From assembly GCA_002269645.1 (NCBI GenBank), contig NIVC01004633.1:1-40173 (forward strand): a stretch of 40,173 nt of DNA, in the 5' to 3' direction. The translations under genes and the position numbers were made by a program. The stretch comes from Macrostomum lignano (taxonomy: Eukaryota). Shown here one piece after another: positions 1 to 10,707 of this stretch. How positions within the stretch are numbered: position 1 is the first letter of the stretch; every line of letters begins with the position of its first letter. The notes beneath the pieces are model-generated. The model saw nothing but the letters and a program-made list of their open reading frames with translations. It did no database searches and was not told where the DNA came from.

Positions 1-51
1 ATCTGAGAGTCAGAGGGCGCCAATCTGAGAGTCAGGGGGTGCCAATCTGAG
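1..51. repeat. End of a 22-bp tandem repeat (ATCTGAGAGTCAGAGGGCGCCA), probably continuing left of the window
   Basis: ATCTGAG recurs at 1, 23 and 45. Confidence 0.7.
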
Positions 52-435
52 ATATTTCATCCATAGAGCAAAAACCCATTATTCCATATCATAAGACAGT
101 CAAGTTTATTGAGCAGGATGCAGGACTCTGATAAAGCAATTCATCAATCGCAAATCTCAGTTTCCAGTGCGCAAGCGCAGTTGCCGGTCAGGCACTCTTG
201 CTGACTTCCCTTGCCGCCCCAGCCCATCGGGAGGCTGTCTCTGAAACAGGAGGGATTGCAGTGAAATACGAAACCCAATTGCCAGGCCAAGCGTGACATT
301 TCCTTGTCTTGCTGTCGTGCATGGATGGCCAGCTGACATTCCGCTTGTGCAAGCGCTGGGGACAGCGCGATCTTTAATGGGCCTTTGGTACGAAAGGTGA
401 CAAGCTTAAATTAGTGCGCTAAACTTGAATCGAGC

Positions 436-601
436 GGCGTCAGACTGAATTAGAGGGCGTCAGACTGGATTAGAGGGCTTAAGACCGCGATTAGACGGCG
501 CCAGACTGGAACAGAGGGCGCCAGACTGGAGCAGAGGGCGCCAGACTGGAGCAGAGGGCGCCAGACTGGAGCAGAGGGCGCCAGACTGGAACAGAGGGCG
601 C
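436..601. repeat. 20-bp minisatellite (CAGACTGGAGCAGAGGGCGC), ~8 copies
   Basis: Direct tandem copies; near-identical over 498-601 and more diverged over 436-497. Confidence 0.9.
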
Positions 602-1113
602 AAAGCACCCACAGTCGTCAAACTTGAATCAGTTGCGCCAGGTTTTCGCTAAAAGCGCCCAGCCCCACTCACCAAGAGCCCTCAGCAATCTTGAGCTGGG
701 CCTGCTCCGCTATCTCCAACAATCAGCGCCAAGCATTTTATCTCATCTATAAATAAACCAAACAGTTGCCAAAAATGCGATCAACTTGAATTCAAAAATA
801 AAAATTCTGTAATTCTACGAGCCTATAATTGCTAGTTTAGATCTGCCAGATCGGCATGACAGCGATAAGCCATTGAAAGCAGCATTGCAGGTCTGCCGAA
901 ATTCTGTCACTGCATGAGCTGAGCTGCCTGCAGACTTCGGTCCTTATCTCTGAGACACTTGCTCAGGTCACCCTAGCTCTCTCTCAAGACTTGATAGCTC
1001 TACTCACTCACTTTTGCCTCCAGATTTCATTGACCAAAGTCTTGAGAGGGTAGCAGCTCACGTGTGGCATTGTGGCATATATGGCATTCAAAGCTATTCT
1101 ATTCACAGCACAC

Positions 1114-4100
1114 CACTCACTCCAATCTCTCAGTCTCACTCACTCCAATCTCTCAGTCTCACTCACTCCAATCTCTCAGTCTCGCTCACTCCAATCTCTA
1201 AGTCTCACTCACTCCAATCTCTCAGTCTCACTCACTCTAATCTCTTCAGTCTCACTCACTCCAATCTCTAAGTCTCACTCACTCCAATCTCTAAGTGAGA
1301 CTCACTCACTCCAATCTCTCAGTCTCACTCACTCCAATCTCTCAGTCTCACTCACTCCAATCTCTCAGTCTCACTCACTCTAATCTCTAAGTCTCACTCA
1401 CTTCAATCTCTAAGTCTCACTCACTCCAATCTCTCAGTCTCACTCACTCCAATCTCTCAGTCTCACTCACTCCAATCTCTCAGTCTCGCTCACTCCAATC
1501 TCTAAGTCTCACTCACTCCAATCTCTCAGTCTCACTCACTCTAATCTCTTCAGTCTCACTCACTCCAATCTCTCAGTCTCACTCACTCTAATCTCTTCAG
1601 TCTCACTCACTCCAATCTCTCAGTCTCAACAACTCCAATCTCTCAGTCTCACTCACTCTAATCTCCAGTCTCATTCACTCCTGTCTCTTAGTCTCACTCA
1701 CTCCAATCTCTCAGTCTCACTCGCTCCAATCTCTCAGTCTCACTCACTCCTGTCCAATCTCCAGTCTCACTCACTCCAATCTCCAGTCTCACTCACTCCT
1801 GTCTCTTAGTCTCACTCACTCCAATCCCTCAGTCTCACTCACTCCTGTCCAATCTCCAGTCTCACTCACTCCTGTCCAATCTCCAGTCTCACTCACTCCA
1901 ATCTCTAAGTCTCACTCACTCCAATCTCTAAGTCTCACTCACTCCAATCTCTAAGTCTCACTCACTCCAATCTCTAAGTCTCACTCACTCCAATCTCTAA
2001 GTCTCACTCACTCCAATCTCTCAGTCTCACTCACTCCAATCTCTTCAGTCTCACTCACTCCAATCTCTCAGTCTCACTCACTCCAATCTCTCAGTCTCAC
2101 TCACTCCAATCTCTCAGTCTCACTCACTCCAATCTCCAGTCTCACTCACTCCTGTCTCTTAGTCTCACTCAGTCCAATCTCTCAGTCTCACTCACTCCAA
2201 TCTCTCAGTCTCACTCACTCCAATCTCTCAGTCTCACTCACTCCTGTCCAATCTCCAGTCTCACTCACCCAATCTCTCAGTCTCACTCACTCCTGTCAAT
2301 CTCCAGTCTCACTCACTCCAATCTCTCAGTCTCACTCACTCCAGTTCTCAGTCTCACTCACTCCAATCTCTCAGTCTCACTCACTCCAGTTTCTCAGTCT
2401 CACTCACTCCAATCTCTCAGTCTCACTCACTCCAATCTCTCAGTCTCACTCGCTCCAATCTCTCAGTCTCACTCACTCCTGTCCAATCTCCAGTCTTCCT
2501 CACTCCAATCTCTCCGTCTCACTCACTCCAATCTCTCAGTCTCACTCACTCCTGTCTCTTAGTCTCACTCACTCCAATCTCAGTCTCACTCACTCCTGTC
2601 CAATCTCCAGTCTCACTCACTCCAATCTCTAAGTCTCACTCACTCCAATCTCTAAGTCTCACTCACTCCAATCTCTAAGTCTCACTCACTCTAATCTCCA
2701 AGTCTCACTCACTCCAATCTCTAAGTCTCACTCACTCCAATCTCTAAGTCTCACTCACTCCTGTCTCTTAGTCTCACTCACTCCAATCTCTCAGTCTCAC
2801 TCACTCCAATCTCTCAGTCTCACTCACTCCAATCTCTCAGTCTCACTCACTCCAATCTCTCAGTCTCACTCACTCCAATCTCTCAGTCTCACTCACTCCA
2901 ATCTCTCAGTCTCACTCACTCCAATCTCTCAGTCTCACTCACTCCTGTCCAATCTCCAGTCTCACTCACTCCAATCTCTCAGTCTCACTCACTCCTGTCC
3001 AATCTCCAGTCTCACTCACTCCAATCTCTCAGTCTCACTCACTCCAGTTTCTCAGTCTCACTCACTCCAATCTCTCAGTCTCACTCACTCCAATCTCTCA
3101 GTCTCACTCACTCCAATCTCTGTCTCAGTCACTCCAATCTATCAGTCTCACTCACTCCAGTTTCTCAGTCTCACTCACTCCAATCTCTCAGTCTCACTCA
3201 CTCCAATCTCTCAGTCTCACTCACTCCAATCTCTCAGTCTCACTCACTCCAATCTCTGTCTCATTCACTCCAATCTATCAGTCTCACTCACTCAAATCTC
3301 TCAGTCTCACTCACTCCAATCTCTCAGTCTCACTCACTCCAATCTCTAAGTCTCACTCACTCCAATCTCTCAGTCTCACTCACTCCAATCTCTCAGTCTC
3401 ACTCACTCCAATCTCTCAGTCTCACTCACTCCAATCTCTCAGTCTCACTCACTCCAATCTCTAAGTCTCACTCACTCCAATCTCTAAGTCTCACTCAGTC
3501 CAATCTCTAAGTCTCACTCACTGTAATCTCTCAGTCTCACTCACTCCAATCTCTCAGTCTCGCTCACTCCAATCTCTCAGTCTCACTCACTCCAATCTCT
3601 CAGTCTCACTCACTCCTGTCTCTTAGTCTCACTCACTCCAATCCCTCAGTCTCACTCACTCCTGTCCAATCTCCAGTCTCACTCACTCCTGTCCAATCTC
3701 CAGTCGCACTCACTCCAATCTCTAAGTCTCACTCACTCCAATCTCTAAGTCTCACTCACTCCAATCTCTAAGTCTCACTCACTCTAATCTCCAAGTCTCA
3801 CTCACTCCAATCTCTAAGTCTCACTCACTCCAATCTCTAAGTCTCACTCACTCCTGTCTCTTAGTCTCACTCACTCCAATCTCTCAGTCTCACTCACTCC
3901 AATCTCTCAGTCTCACTCACTCCAATCTCTCAGTCTCACTCACTCCAATCTCTCAGTCTCACTCACTCCAATCTCTCAGTCTCACTCACTCCAATCTCTC
4001 AGTCTCACTCACTCCAATCTCTCAGTCTCACTCACTCCTGTCCAATCTCCAGTCTCACTCACTCCAATCTCTCAGTCTCACTCACTCCAGTTTCTCAGTC

Positions 4101-6110
4101 TCACTCACTCCAATCTCTCAGTCTCACTCACTCCAATCTCTCAGTCTCACTCACTCCAATCTCTGTCTCAGTCACTCCAATCTATCAGTCTCACTCACTC
4201 CAGTTCTCAGTCTCACTCACTCCAATCTCTCAGTCTCACTCACTCCAATCTCTCAGTCTCACTCACTCCAATCTCTCAGTCTCACTCACTCCAATCTCTG
4301 TCTCATTCACTCCAATCTATCAGTCTCACTCACTCAAATCTCTCAGTCTCACTCACTCCAATCTCTCAGTCTCACTCACTCCAATCTCTCAGTCTCACTC
4401 ACTCCAATCTCTCAGTCTCACTCACTCCAATCTCTCAGTCTCACTCACTCCAATCTCTCAGTCTCACTCACTCCAATCTCTCAGTCTCACTCACTCCAAT
4501 CTCTAAGTCTCACTCACTCCAATCTCTAAGTCTCACTCAGTCCAATCTCTAAGTCTCACTCACTTCAATCTCTAAGTCTCACTCACTCCAATCTCTCAGT
4601 CTCGCTCACTCCAATCTCTAAGTCTCACTCACTCCAATCTCTCAGTCTCACTCACTCTAATCTCTTCAGTCTCACTCACTCCAATCTCTCAGTCTCACTC
4701 ACTCTAATCTCTTCAGTCTCACTCACTCCAATCTCTCAGTCTCAACAACTCCAATCTCTCAGTCTCACTCACTCTAATCTCCAGTCTCATTCACTCCTGT
4801 CTCTTAGTCTCACTCACTCCAATCTCTCAGTCTCACTCGCTCCAATCTCTCAGTCTCACTCACTCCTGTCCAATCTCCAGTCTCACTCACTCCAATCTCC
4901 AGTCTCACTCACTCCTGTCTCTTAGTCTCACTCACTCCAATCCCTCAGTCTCACTCACTCCTGTCCAATCTCCAGTCTCACTCACTCCTGTCCAATCTCC
5001 AGTCTCACTCACTCCAATCTCTAAGTCTCACTCACTCCAATCTCTAAGTCTCACTCACTCCAATCTCTAAGTCTCACTCACTCCAATCTCTCAGTCTCAC
5101 TCACTCCAATCTCTCAGTCTCACTCACTCCTGTCCAATCTCCAGTCTCACTCACCCCAATCTCTCAGTCTCACTCACTCCTGTCCAATCTCCAGTCTCAC
5201 TCACTCCAATCTCTCAGTCTCACTCACTCCAGTTTCTCAGTCTCACTCACTCCAATCTCTCAGTCTCACTCACTCCAGTTTCTCAGTCTCACTCACTCCA
5301 ATCTCTCAGTCTCACTCACTCCAATCTCTCAGTCTCACTCACTCCAATCTCTCAGTCTCACTCACTCCAATCTCTCAGTCTCACTCACTCCAATCTCTAA
5401 GTCTCACTCACTCCAGTCTCTCAGTCTCACTCACTCCAATCTCTCAGTCTCACTCACTCCAATCTCTCAGTCTCACTCACTCCAATCTCTCAGTCTCACT
5501 CACTCCAATCTCCAGTCTCACTCACTCCTGTCTCTTAGTCTCACTCAGTCCAATCTCTCAGTCTCACTCACTCCAATCTCTCAGTCTCACTCACTCCAAT
5601 CTCTCAGTCTCACTCACTCCTGTCCAATCTCCAGTCTCACTCACCCCAATCTCTCAGTCTCACTCACTCCTGTCCAATCTCCAGTCTCACTCACTCCAAT
5701 CTCTCAGTCTCACTCACTCCAGTTTCTCAGTCTCACTCACTCCAATCTCTCAGTCTCACTCACTCCAGTTTCTCAGTCTCACTCACTCCAATCTCTCAGT
5801 CTCACTCACTCCAATCTCTCAGTCTCACTCACTCCAATCTCTCAGTCTCACTCACTCCAATCTCTCAGTCTCACTCACTCCAATCTCTAAGTCTCACTCA
5901 CTCCAGTCTCTCAGTCTCACTCACTCCAATCTCTCAGTCTCACTCACTCCAATCTCTCAGTCTCACTCACTCCAATCTCTCAGTCTCACTCACTCCAATC
6001 TCCAGTCTCACTCACTCCTGTCTCTTAGTCTCACTCAGTCCAATCTCTCAGTCTCACTCACTCCAATCTCTCAGTCTCACTCACTCCAATCTCTCAGTCT
6101 CACTCAGTCC
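1114..6110. repeat. 23-bp satellite array (TCTCAGTCTCACTCACTCCAATC), ~215 copies, with higher-order duplications
   Basis: Continuous head-to-tail units with no spacers. Rare variants recur at fixed offsets of ~3116, ~1042 and 490 bp. ORFs 1014..1271 and 1072..1383 are translations of the repeat. Confidence 0.97.
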
Positions 6111-6611
6111 TCAGCTTCTCAATACCAAAGATGGGAGAGTTACGCTCCCCAGTTGCAGCTAATTCCGCAGTGATTCAAAGCTGACCTGCAACCCACCCAC
6201 CCAAACTACAGGCCAAAAATAGGTACAAAAAGGCTAACAACTGCTGGTCACAGCCTCCTCTGCGCTCCTTCAATTGATCCAGAAATGCCAGCTACGGCAC
6301 TGCAGTGCCTGGCGGGTCCCCTCACTCTGCATGCAATGCCTTCTTTGCAACCAAACCGTTCAAAGCGGTCGTCTGACTCTCTGCCCCTCCACCCCAAAAA
6401 AAAAACTTGAGGGCGGGAGGTAAGAGGGTTGGGGCTTTGAATTTAGTCAGGGACTTCTCTATACAAGTTCCTGGACTGGAATCTTCATGGAATAGACATG
6501 GGTTCACACATCACTGTAAAATCAAGGGAGTTAAAACAGCTTCTTGAGTACTTCGCACCAAGACAGGACCGAATTTTTGAAGGCCTTCTTCAGTGACATA
6601 ATGAAAAACTC

Positions 6612-6935
6612 TCCTTTCCTCTCCTCTCTTCTCTTCTTCTCTCCCCTCCTCTCCCCTCTCTCCTCTCCTCTCCTATACTCTCCTCTCCTCTTCACATCTA
6701 GTCTTCACATCGCCTCTCCTTTCTTCACATCTCTTCTCCCCTCCCCCCCCTCCTCTCCTCTCCTCTCCTCTCCTCTCCTCTCCTCTCCTCTCCTCTCCTC
6801 TCCTCTCCTCTCCACTCTTCTCTCCTCTTTTCTCTCCTTCTCTCATCTACTCTACTAGCTCCTCTCTTCACATCTCCTCTCCTCTCCTCTCCTTTCCATT
6901 CTTCACATCTCTTCTCTCTCCCCTCCTCTTCTAAA
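6612..6935. repeat. (CTCCT)n / pyrimidine-rich low-complexity tract
   Basis: Near-pure C/T sequence with a CTCCT run at 6755-6810. ORF 6544..6858 (SSPLL repeats) is an artefact of it. Confidence 0.9.
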
Positions 6936-7638
6936 TTCTCAAGATTCTTTTCAAAAAGTTAGCCGACCTTTGCTCTAGCCCCAATAAGGTTAGATGCATG
7001 TAGGCAGGAGCTTCCAGTCCAGATGCTATACTTTGAGAAGTCCCTGTCTTTAGTCAGCTTTAAAGAGAGGGGGGCTGTGGCTGAACAGAGGCGCCGAGCG
7101 ACCGCCCCCTTCCGCGGACAGCCCCCCCCCCCAACAGCCGCAGCCCCAGAGCCTTATCAGGCCGCGGCGCGGACACAGGCAGGTAAGGAGGCCGGCCTTC
7201 ACCTCCCTCCGTTTATCGCCAGCCAGCCAGATGAATTTACGCACTTCGTAGCCCCAAATAGAATTCGCATATTGGGACGCTCAGCTTTTGTTAACCTACA
7301 AGCCACCAAGTGCAGCCGACGCCACGCAGCGGGCTCGGGGCCCGGTAAGGCCACTCCCCAGTGTACAGTCCGTGTGCGCCGGTGCCCAACCTCCACCTCC
7401 TGACCTCCACCGCCCGCCATTCATTGGCCTCTTAAAACACCAACAGAAGGCCGCAACAAACGCGTGTTCTGCCAACAGCGCCACCCACCCCAACTCCAAC
7501 AGCACAGTTCTTGCTTGCCGGGTCTGTCTTAAAAGCGTTCGTTCATCTTGCTTGCCCGTGTGCAGACCCAGACCCGGGCAGACCCAGATAGGCAAACAAG
7601 AAGAAGACTGAGAAGAAACACGAAGCCAGGAAAAGGAA

Positions 7639-9560
7639 ATGACTGCTCAACACCGACTGCTCACTCTGTCTCTGCTGTTGCTGGGCTGCCTAGCAACCAG
7701 CCGGGCGACTCTGGTCGTCACTGGCACCACCTACACTGTGAAGCTGGTGGAGGGCCGTGAGGGCGAGCCAAAGTACGTGCTGAGCAGGCAGTACCTGGAT
7801 GTGCTGGAGTGCAGCATGTACGCCTCCGACAGCTCAAAGCTGGTTGACCCGAAAATCGACTGGAAAATCGAAGGCTCCAACGACACTCTGGACTCGCGCT
7901 TCAGCTTCAGTGGCCGGCTGTCCGAGGATAAAAAGAATTTCACCTCCACCCTCAGCGTGCGGCGGCCAGAGAACAAGCACGTCACCAACTACACCTGCAC
8001 AGGTGGGACTGACTTCCGCTCACTTTACTGGAATCTGAAGTATGTGTTGCCAGCTGGGGTTGTGCTGCCAGCTGGGGTGTGTGTTGCCAGCTGGGGTGTG
8101 TGTTGCCAGCTGGGGTGTGTGTTGTCAGCTGGGGTGTGTGTTGTCAGCTGGGGTATGTGTTGCCAGCTGGGGTGTGTGTTGTCAGCTGGGGTGTGTGTTG
8201 CCAGCTGGGGTGTGTGTTGTCAGCTGGGGTGTGTGTTGTCAGCTGGGGTTGTGCTGCCAGCTGGGGTGTGTGTTGCCAGCTGGGGTATGTGTTGCCAGCT
8301 GGGGTGTGTGTTGTCAGCTGGGGTGTGTGTTGTCAGCTGGGGTTGTGTTGCCAGCTGGGGTTGTGCTGCCAGCTGGGGTGTGTGTTGCTAGCCGGAGTGT
8401 GTGTTGCCAGCTGGGGTGTGTGTTGCTAGCCGGGGTATGTGTTGCCAGCTGTTGTATATGTAAAAAAGCCGCAGGCTCATCAGTCCGCATGGCTCCACCG
8501 CTTTCAGGCAGCGCGACGGACCAGCCGGAGGCGCAGGGCCGGGCCCGCCTGCAGTCCAAGCCGCTCATCAGCTTCAAGATCGACGGCGTGACCATGTCGG
8601 ATGTGGGCGCCTGGCCCGGCCAGGACATCCAGATGAGCTGCATAGTGGAGGGAAACCCCGCGGGCAGCCCGGAGTGGAAGCGGGAGAAGGACGGAGCCAC
8701 CATCGGGAACGGCACGGCGAACCTGGTGCTGGAGGCCGTCAACTACGATGAGCACCGGGGCTTCTACACCTGCAGGTGACTGGCGCTTTGCCAGATAATT
8801 AATTATGATTAGCTAGCTTCATTTCGTACATGTTTGTACTTTGAGTATCGGGTGCATTTCCGGAACTTTATACAGTACAATGTCATTGTCAGAGTTCCAA
8901 ATTATAGTGTCAGGAGGTCCAAAAATTAGAAGAAACTTTCAAACATAGGGTGTCAGGAGCTCAATAAGTAGGGTGTCAGGAGCTCAATAAGTAGGGTGTC
9001 AGGGGCTCATTAGTTAGGGTGTCAGGAGTTCATTAGTAAGGGTGTCAGGAGCTCATTAGTTAAGGTGTCAGGAGTTCATTAGAAAGGGTATCAGGAGTTC
9101 AATAAGAGGGTGTCAGGAGCTTATTAAGTGGGTGTCAGGAGCTCATTAGTTAGGGTGTCAGGAGTTCATTAAGTAGGGTGTCAGCAGCTCATTAAGTAGG
9201 GTGTCAGCAGCTTTTTAAGTAGGGTGTCAGCAGCTCCTTAAGTAGGGTGTCAGCAGCTCATTAAGAGGGTGTCAGCTCATTGAGAGGGTGTCAGGAGCTC
9301 AAACTGTGTCACGAGGGTCTCAAACGCCAGGTACCAGCAGCTCAGCCCGCCCGAACCCTTGCAGCGCGAACAACAGCCAGGGCACGAACGCCGCCAAGAT
9401 CTTCCTTCGGGTGAAGCACCCGCAGGCGTACCTGACCCCTATGATCATCATCATTGTGGAGGTGATCATCATCGCCATAATCGTGGCGGTGTACGAGTAC
9501 TTCATGTACAAAAAGCACAAGCAGGCTGAGGCGGAGGGCGAGGCGTACAAGACGGACTGA
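7639..9560 (+). CDS. BSG: Basigin/neuroplastin (CD147)-family 2-Ig type I membrane protein, 275 aa; exons 7639-8002, 8508-8775, 9365-9560
   Basis: Signal peptide MTAQHRLLTLSLLLLGCLATSRA. Ig1: LECSM..IDWKI..NYTCT. Ig2: MSCIV..EWKRE..GFYTCSANN. TM PMIIIIVEVIIIAIIVAVYEY has the intramembrane Glu and following YE typical of basigin, then a short tail. Splices CAG|GTGGGA..TTTCAG|GC (phase 1) and CAG|GTGACT..TTGCAG|C (phase 2) give 828 nt in frame to TGA. The symbol is a family-level call. Confidence 0.88.
8043..8455. repeat. 19-bp minisatellite (TGTTGCCAGCTGGGGTGTG) in basigin intron 1
   Basis: ~21 tandem units between donor 8003 and acceptor 8507. It produces the spurious CCQLG/VCVASWG ORF translations. 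Confidence 0.93.
8946..9300. repeat. ~22-23-bp minisatellite (TAGGGTGTCAGGAGCTCAATAAG) in basigin intron 2
   Basis: ~16 imperfect tandem units with the core GGGTGTCAG(G/C)AG(C/T)TC. Confidence 0.9.
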
Positions 9561-10090
9561 TAGTCTGGTTTGCTGCACTTGAAGGCTTTAATTGGTTCTA
9601 AACACCAGCGGCCTTGCAGTGCCTGTATTTGCCACCATGCGGATTGCCGGTAGGGGGATTTCCGAGTTGGGGAGACTGAGCCCCATCTGAACTCAGAGAA
9701 GACCAGTTTGTGACACTGCTCAGCGAATGCGTTGTTGCTGATGCTAATTTTAGACTCACCATTTCCTGTCATCACAAATTTGTTTATAACCCAGCGGTAA
9801 GTGACAGCACAGAGCTTCATCAAATGCTGTATTTTCTACCCTGAAACCCCCAGTTGCCTTAATCCGTCATTTTCTTCCCCTCTTCTCTCTCTGAAATATA
9901 GCTCTTATCAAGCAGTTTGTTCTGCAGCACCTGTGTATCAAAGCTCCCCAGCTCGGCACTTGATCGCCCCATACAAATTTCATTGTCTGCTCGCTTAGAA
10001 CTACATAACACATTATATAGTAAAGTGTTACTGTGAGAATTGAAAATTACCTAATTAATGTGCTGTTAACTTGAAACAACGAACGAAGAA

Positions 10091-10096
10091 AATAAA
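10091..10096 (+). terminator. Candidate polyadenylation signal (AATAAA) of the basigin-like gene
   Basis: AATAAA ~530 nt after the stop, followed by T-rich sequence. Not confirmed without transcripts. Confidence 0.5.
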
Positions 10097-10150
10097 TTTT
10101 GCTTTCGTAATTTTTTTCTAAACGAGTTTTCTAAACATTTCCAAGCTGAT

Positions 10151-10156
10151 TTTATT
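10151..10156 (-). terminator. Candidate polyadenylation signal (AATAAA on the minus strand) of HDHD2
   Basis: TTTATT on + at 10151-10156, ~550 nt downstream of the HDHD2 stop. Confidence 0.45.
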
Positions 10157-10327
10157 TATAAGACTGCGACTGCTACTGACAGTAGCACGTTGGGTGTTGC
10201 TGAGCATTTTTTTCATCTGTTTAATTTAGTTGTCAATCTTTATCTCAGTAACAACTTATACGGTTGAGTAAATGCAATGTCGGACAAGTCTAATTTTGAC
10301 ATTTTGAGTTTGTCAGGCATGGGTCAC

Positions 10328-10707
10328 ACTCGGCAGACGCAGGTCACACTCTGTCAGACGCGGGTCAGAGCCGGTCAGACGCGGGTCAGAGTCGGCAGAC
10401 GCGGGTCAGAGTCCGACGCGGGTTAGAGTCAGACGCGGGTCAGAGCTGGTCAGACGCGGGTCAGAGCCGGTCAGACGCGGTCAGAGTCGGCCAGACGCGG
10501 GTTAGAGTCGGCCAGACGCGGGTCAGAGCGGTCAGACGCGGGTCACACTCGGTCAGACGCGGGTCAGAGTCGGTCAGACGCGGTCAGAGTCGGCCAGACG
10601 CGGGTTAGAGTCGGCCAGACGCGGGTCAGAGCGGTCAGACGCGGGTCAGACGCGGGTCAGAGTCGGTCAGACGCGGGTCAGAGTCGGTCAGACGCGGGTC
10701 AGAGTCA
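10328..10707. repeat. 21-bp minisatellite (GTCAGAGTCGGTCAGACGCGG) in the HDHD2 3' UTR, starting at the stop codon
   Basis: ~18 tandem units. The last unit overlaps the TCA (TGA stop on minus) at 10705-10707. Confidence 0.9.

Noticed and set aside
100-345. Minus-strand frame with ..GWGGK..CLTGNCACALETEIC, resembling CXC-type transposase C-termini
   Set aside because: The match is loose, several stops follow and there is no recognisable catalytic motif; not supportable.
7023-7403. GC-rich ORFs and a CAG|GTAAGG donor (7182) upstream of basigin as an extra coding exon
   Set aside because: The 7639 ATG already begins a clean signal peptide and these ORFs resemble no protein. It could be a non-coding 5' exon or promoter, but this cannot be shown.
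8003-8507. Cys-rich CCQLGCVL extension of ORFs 7639..8391 and 8042..8779 (metallothionein- or keratin-associated-like)
   Set aside because: It lies within a GT-AG intron whose removal restores a clean two-Ig protein; it is the 19-bp repeat.
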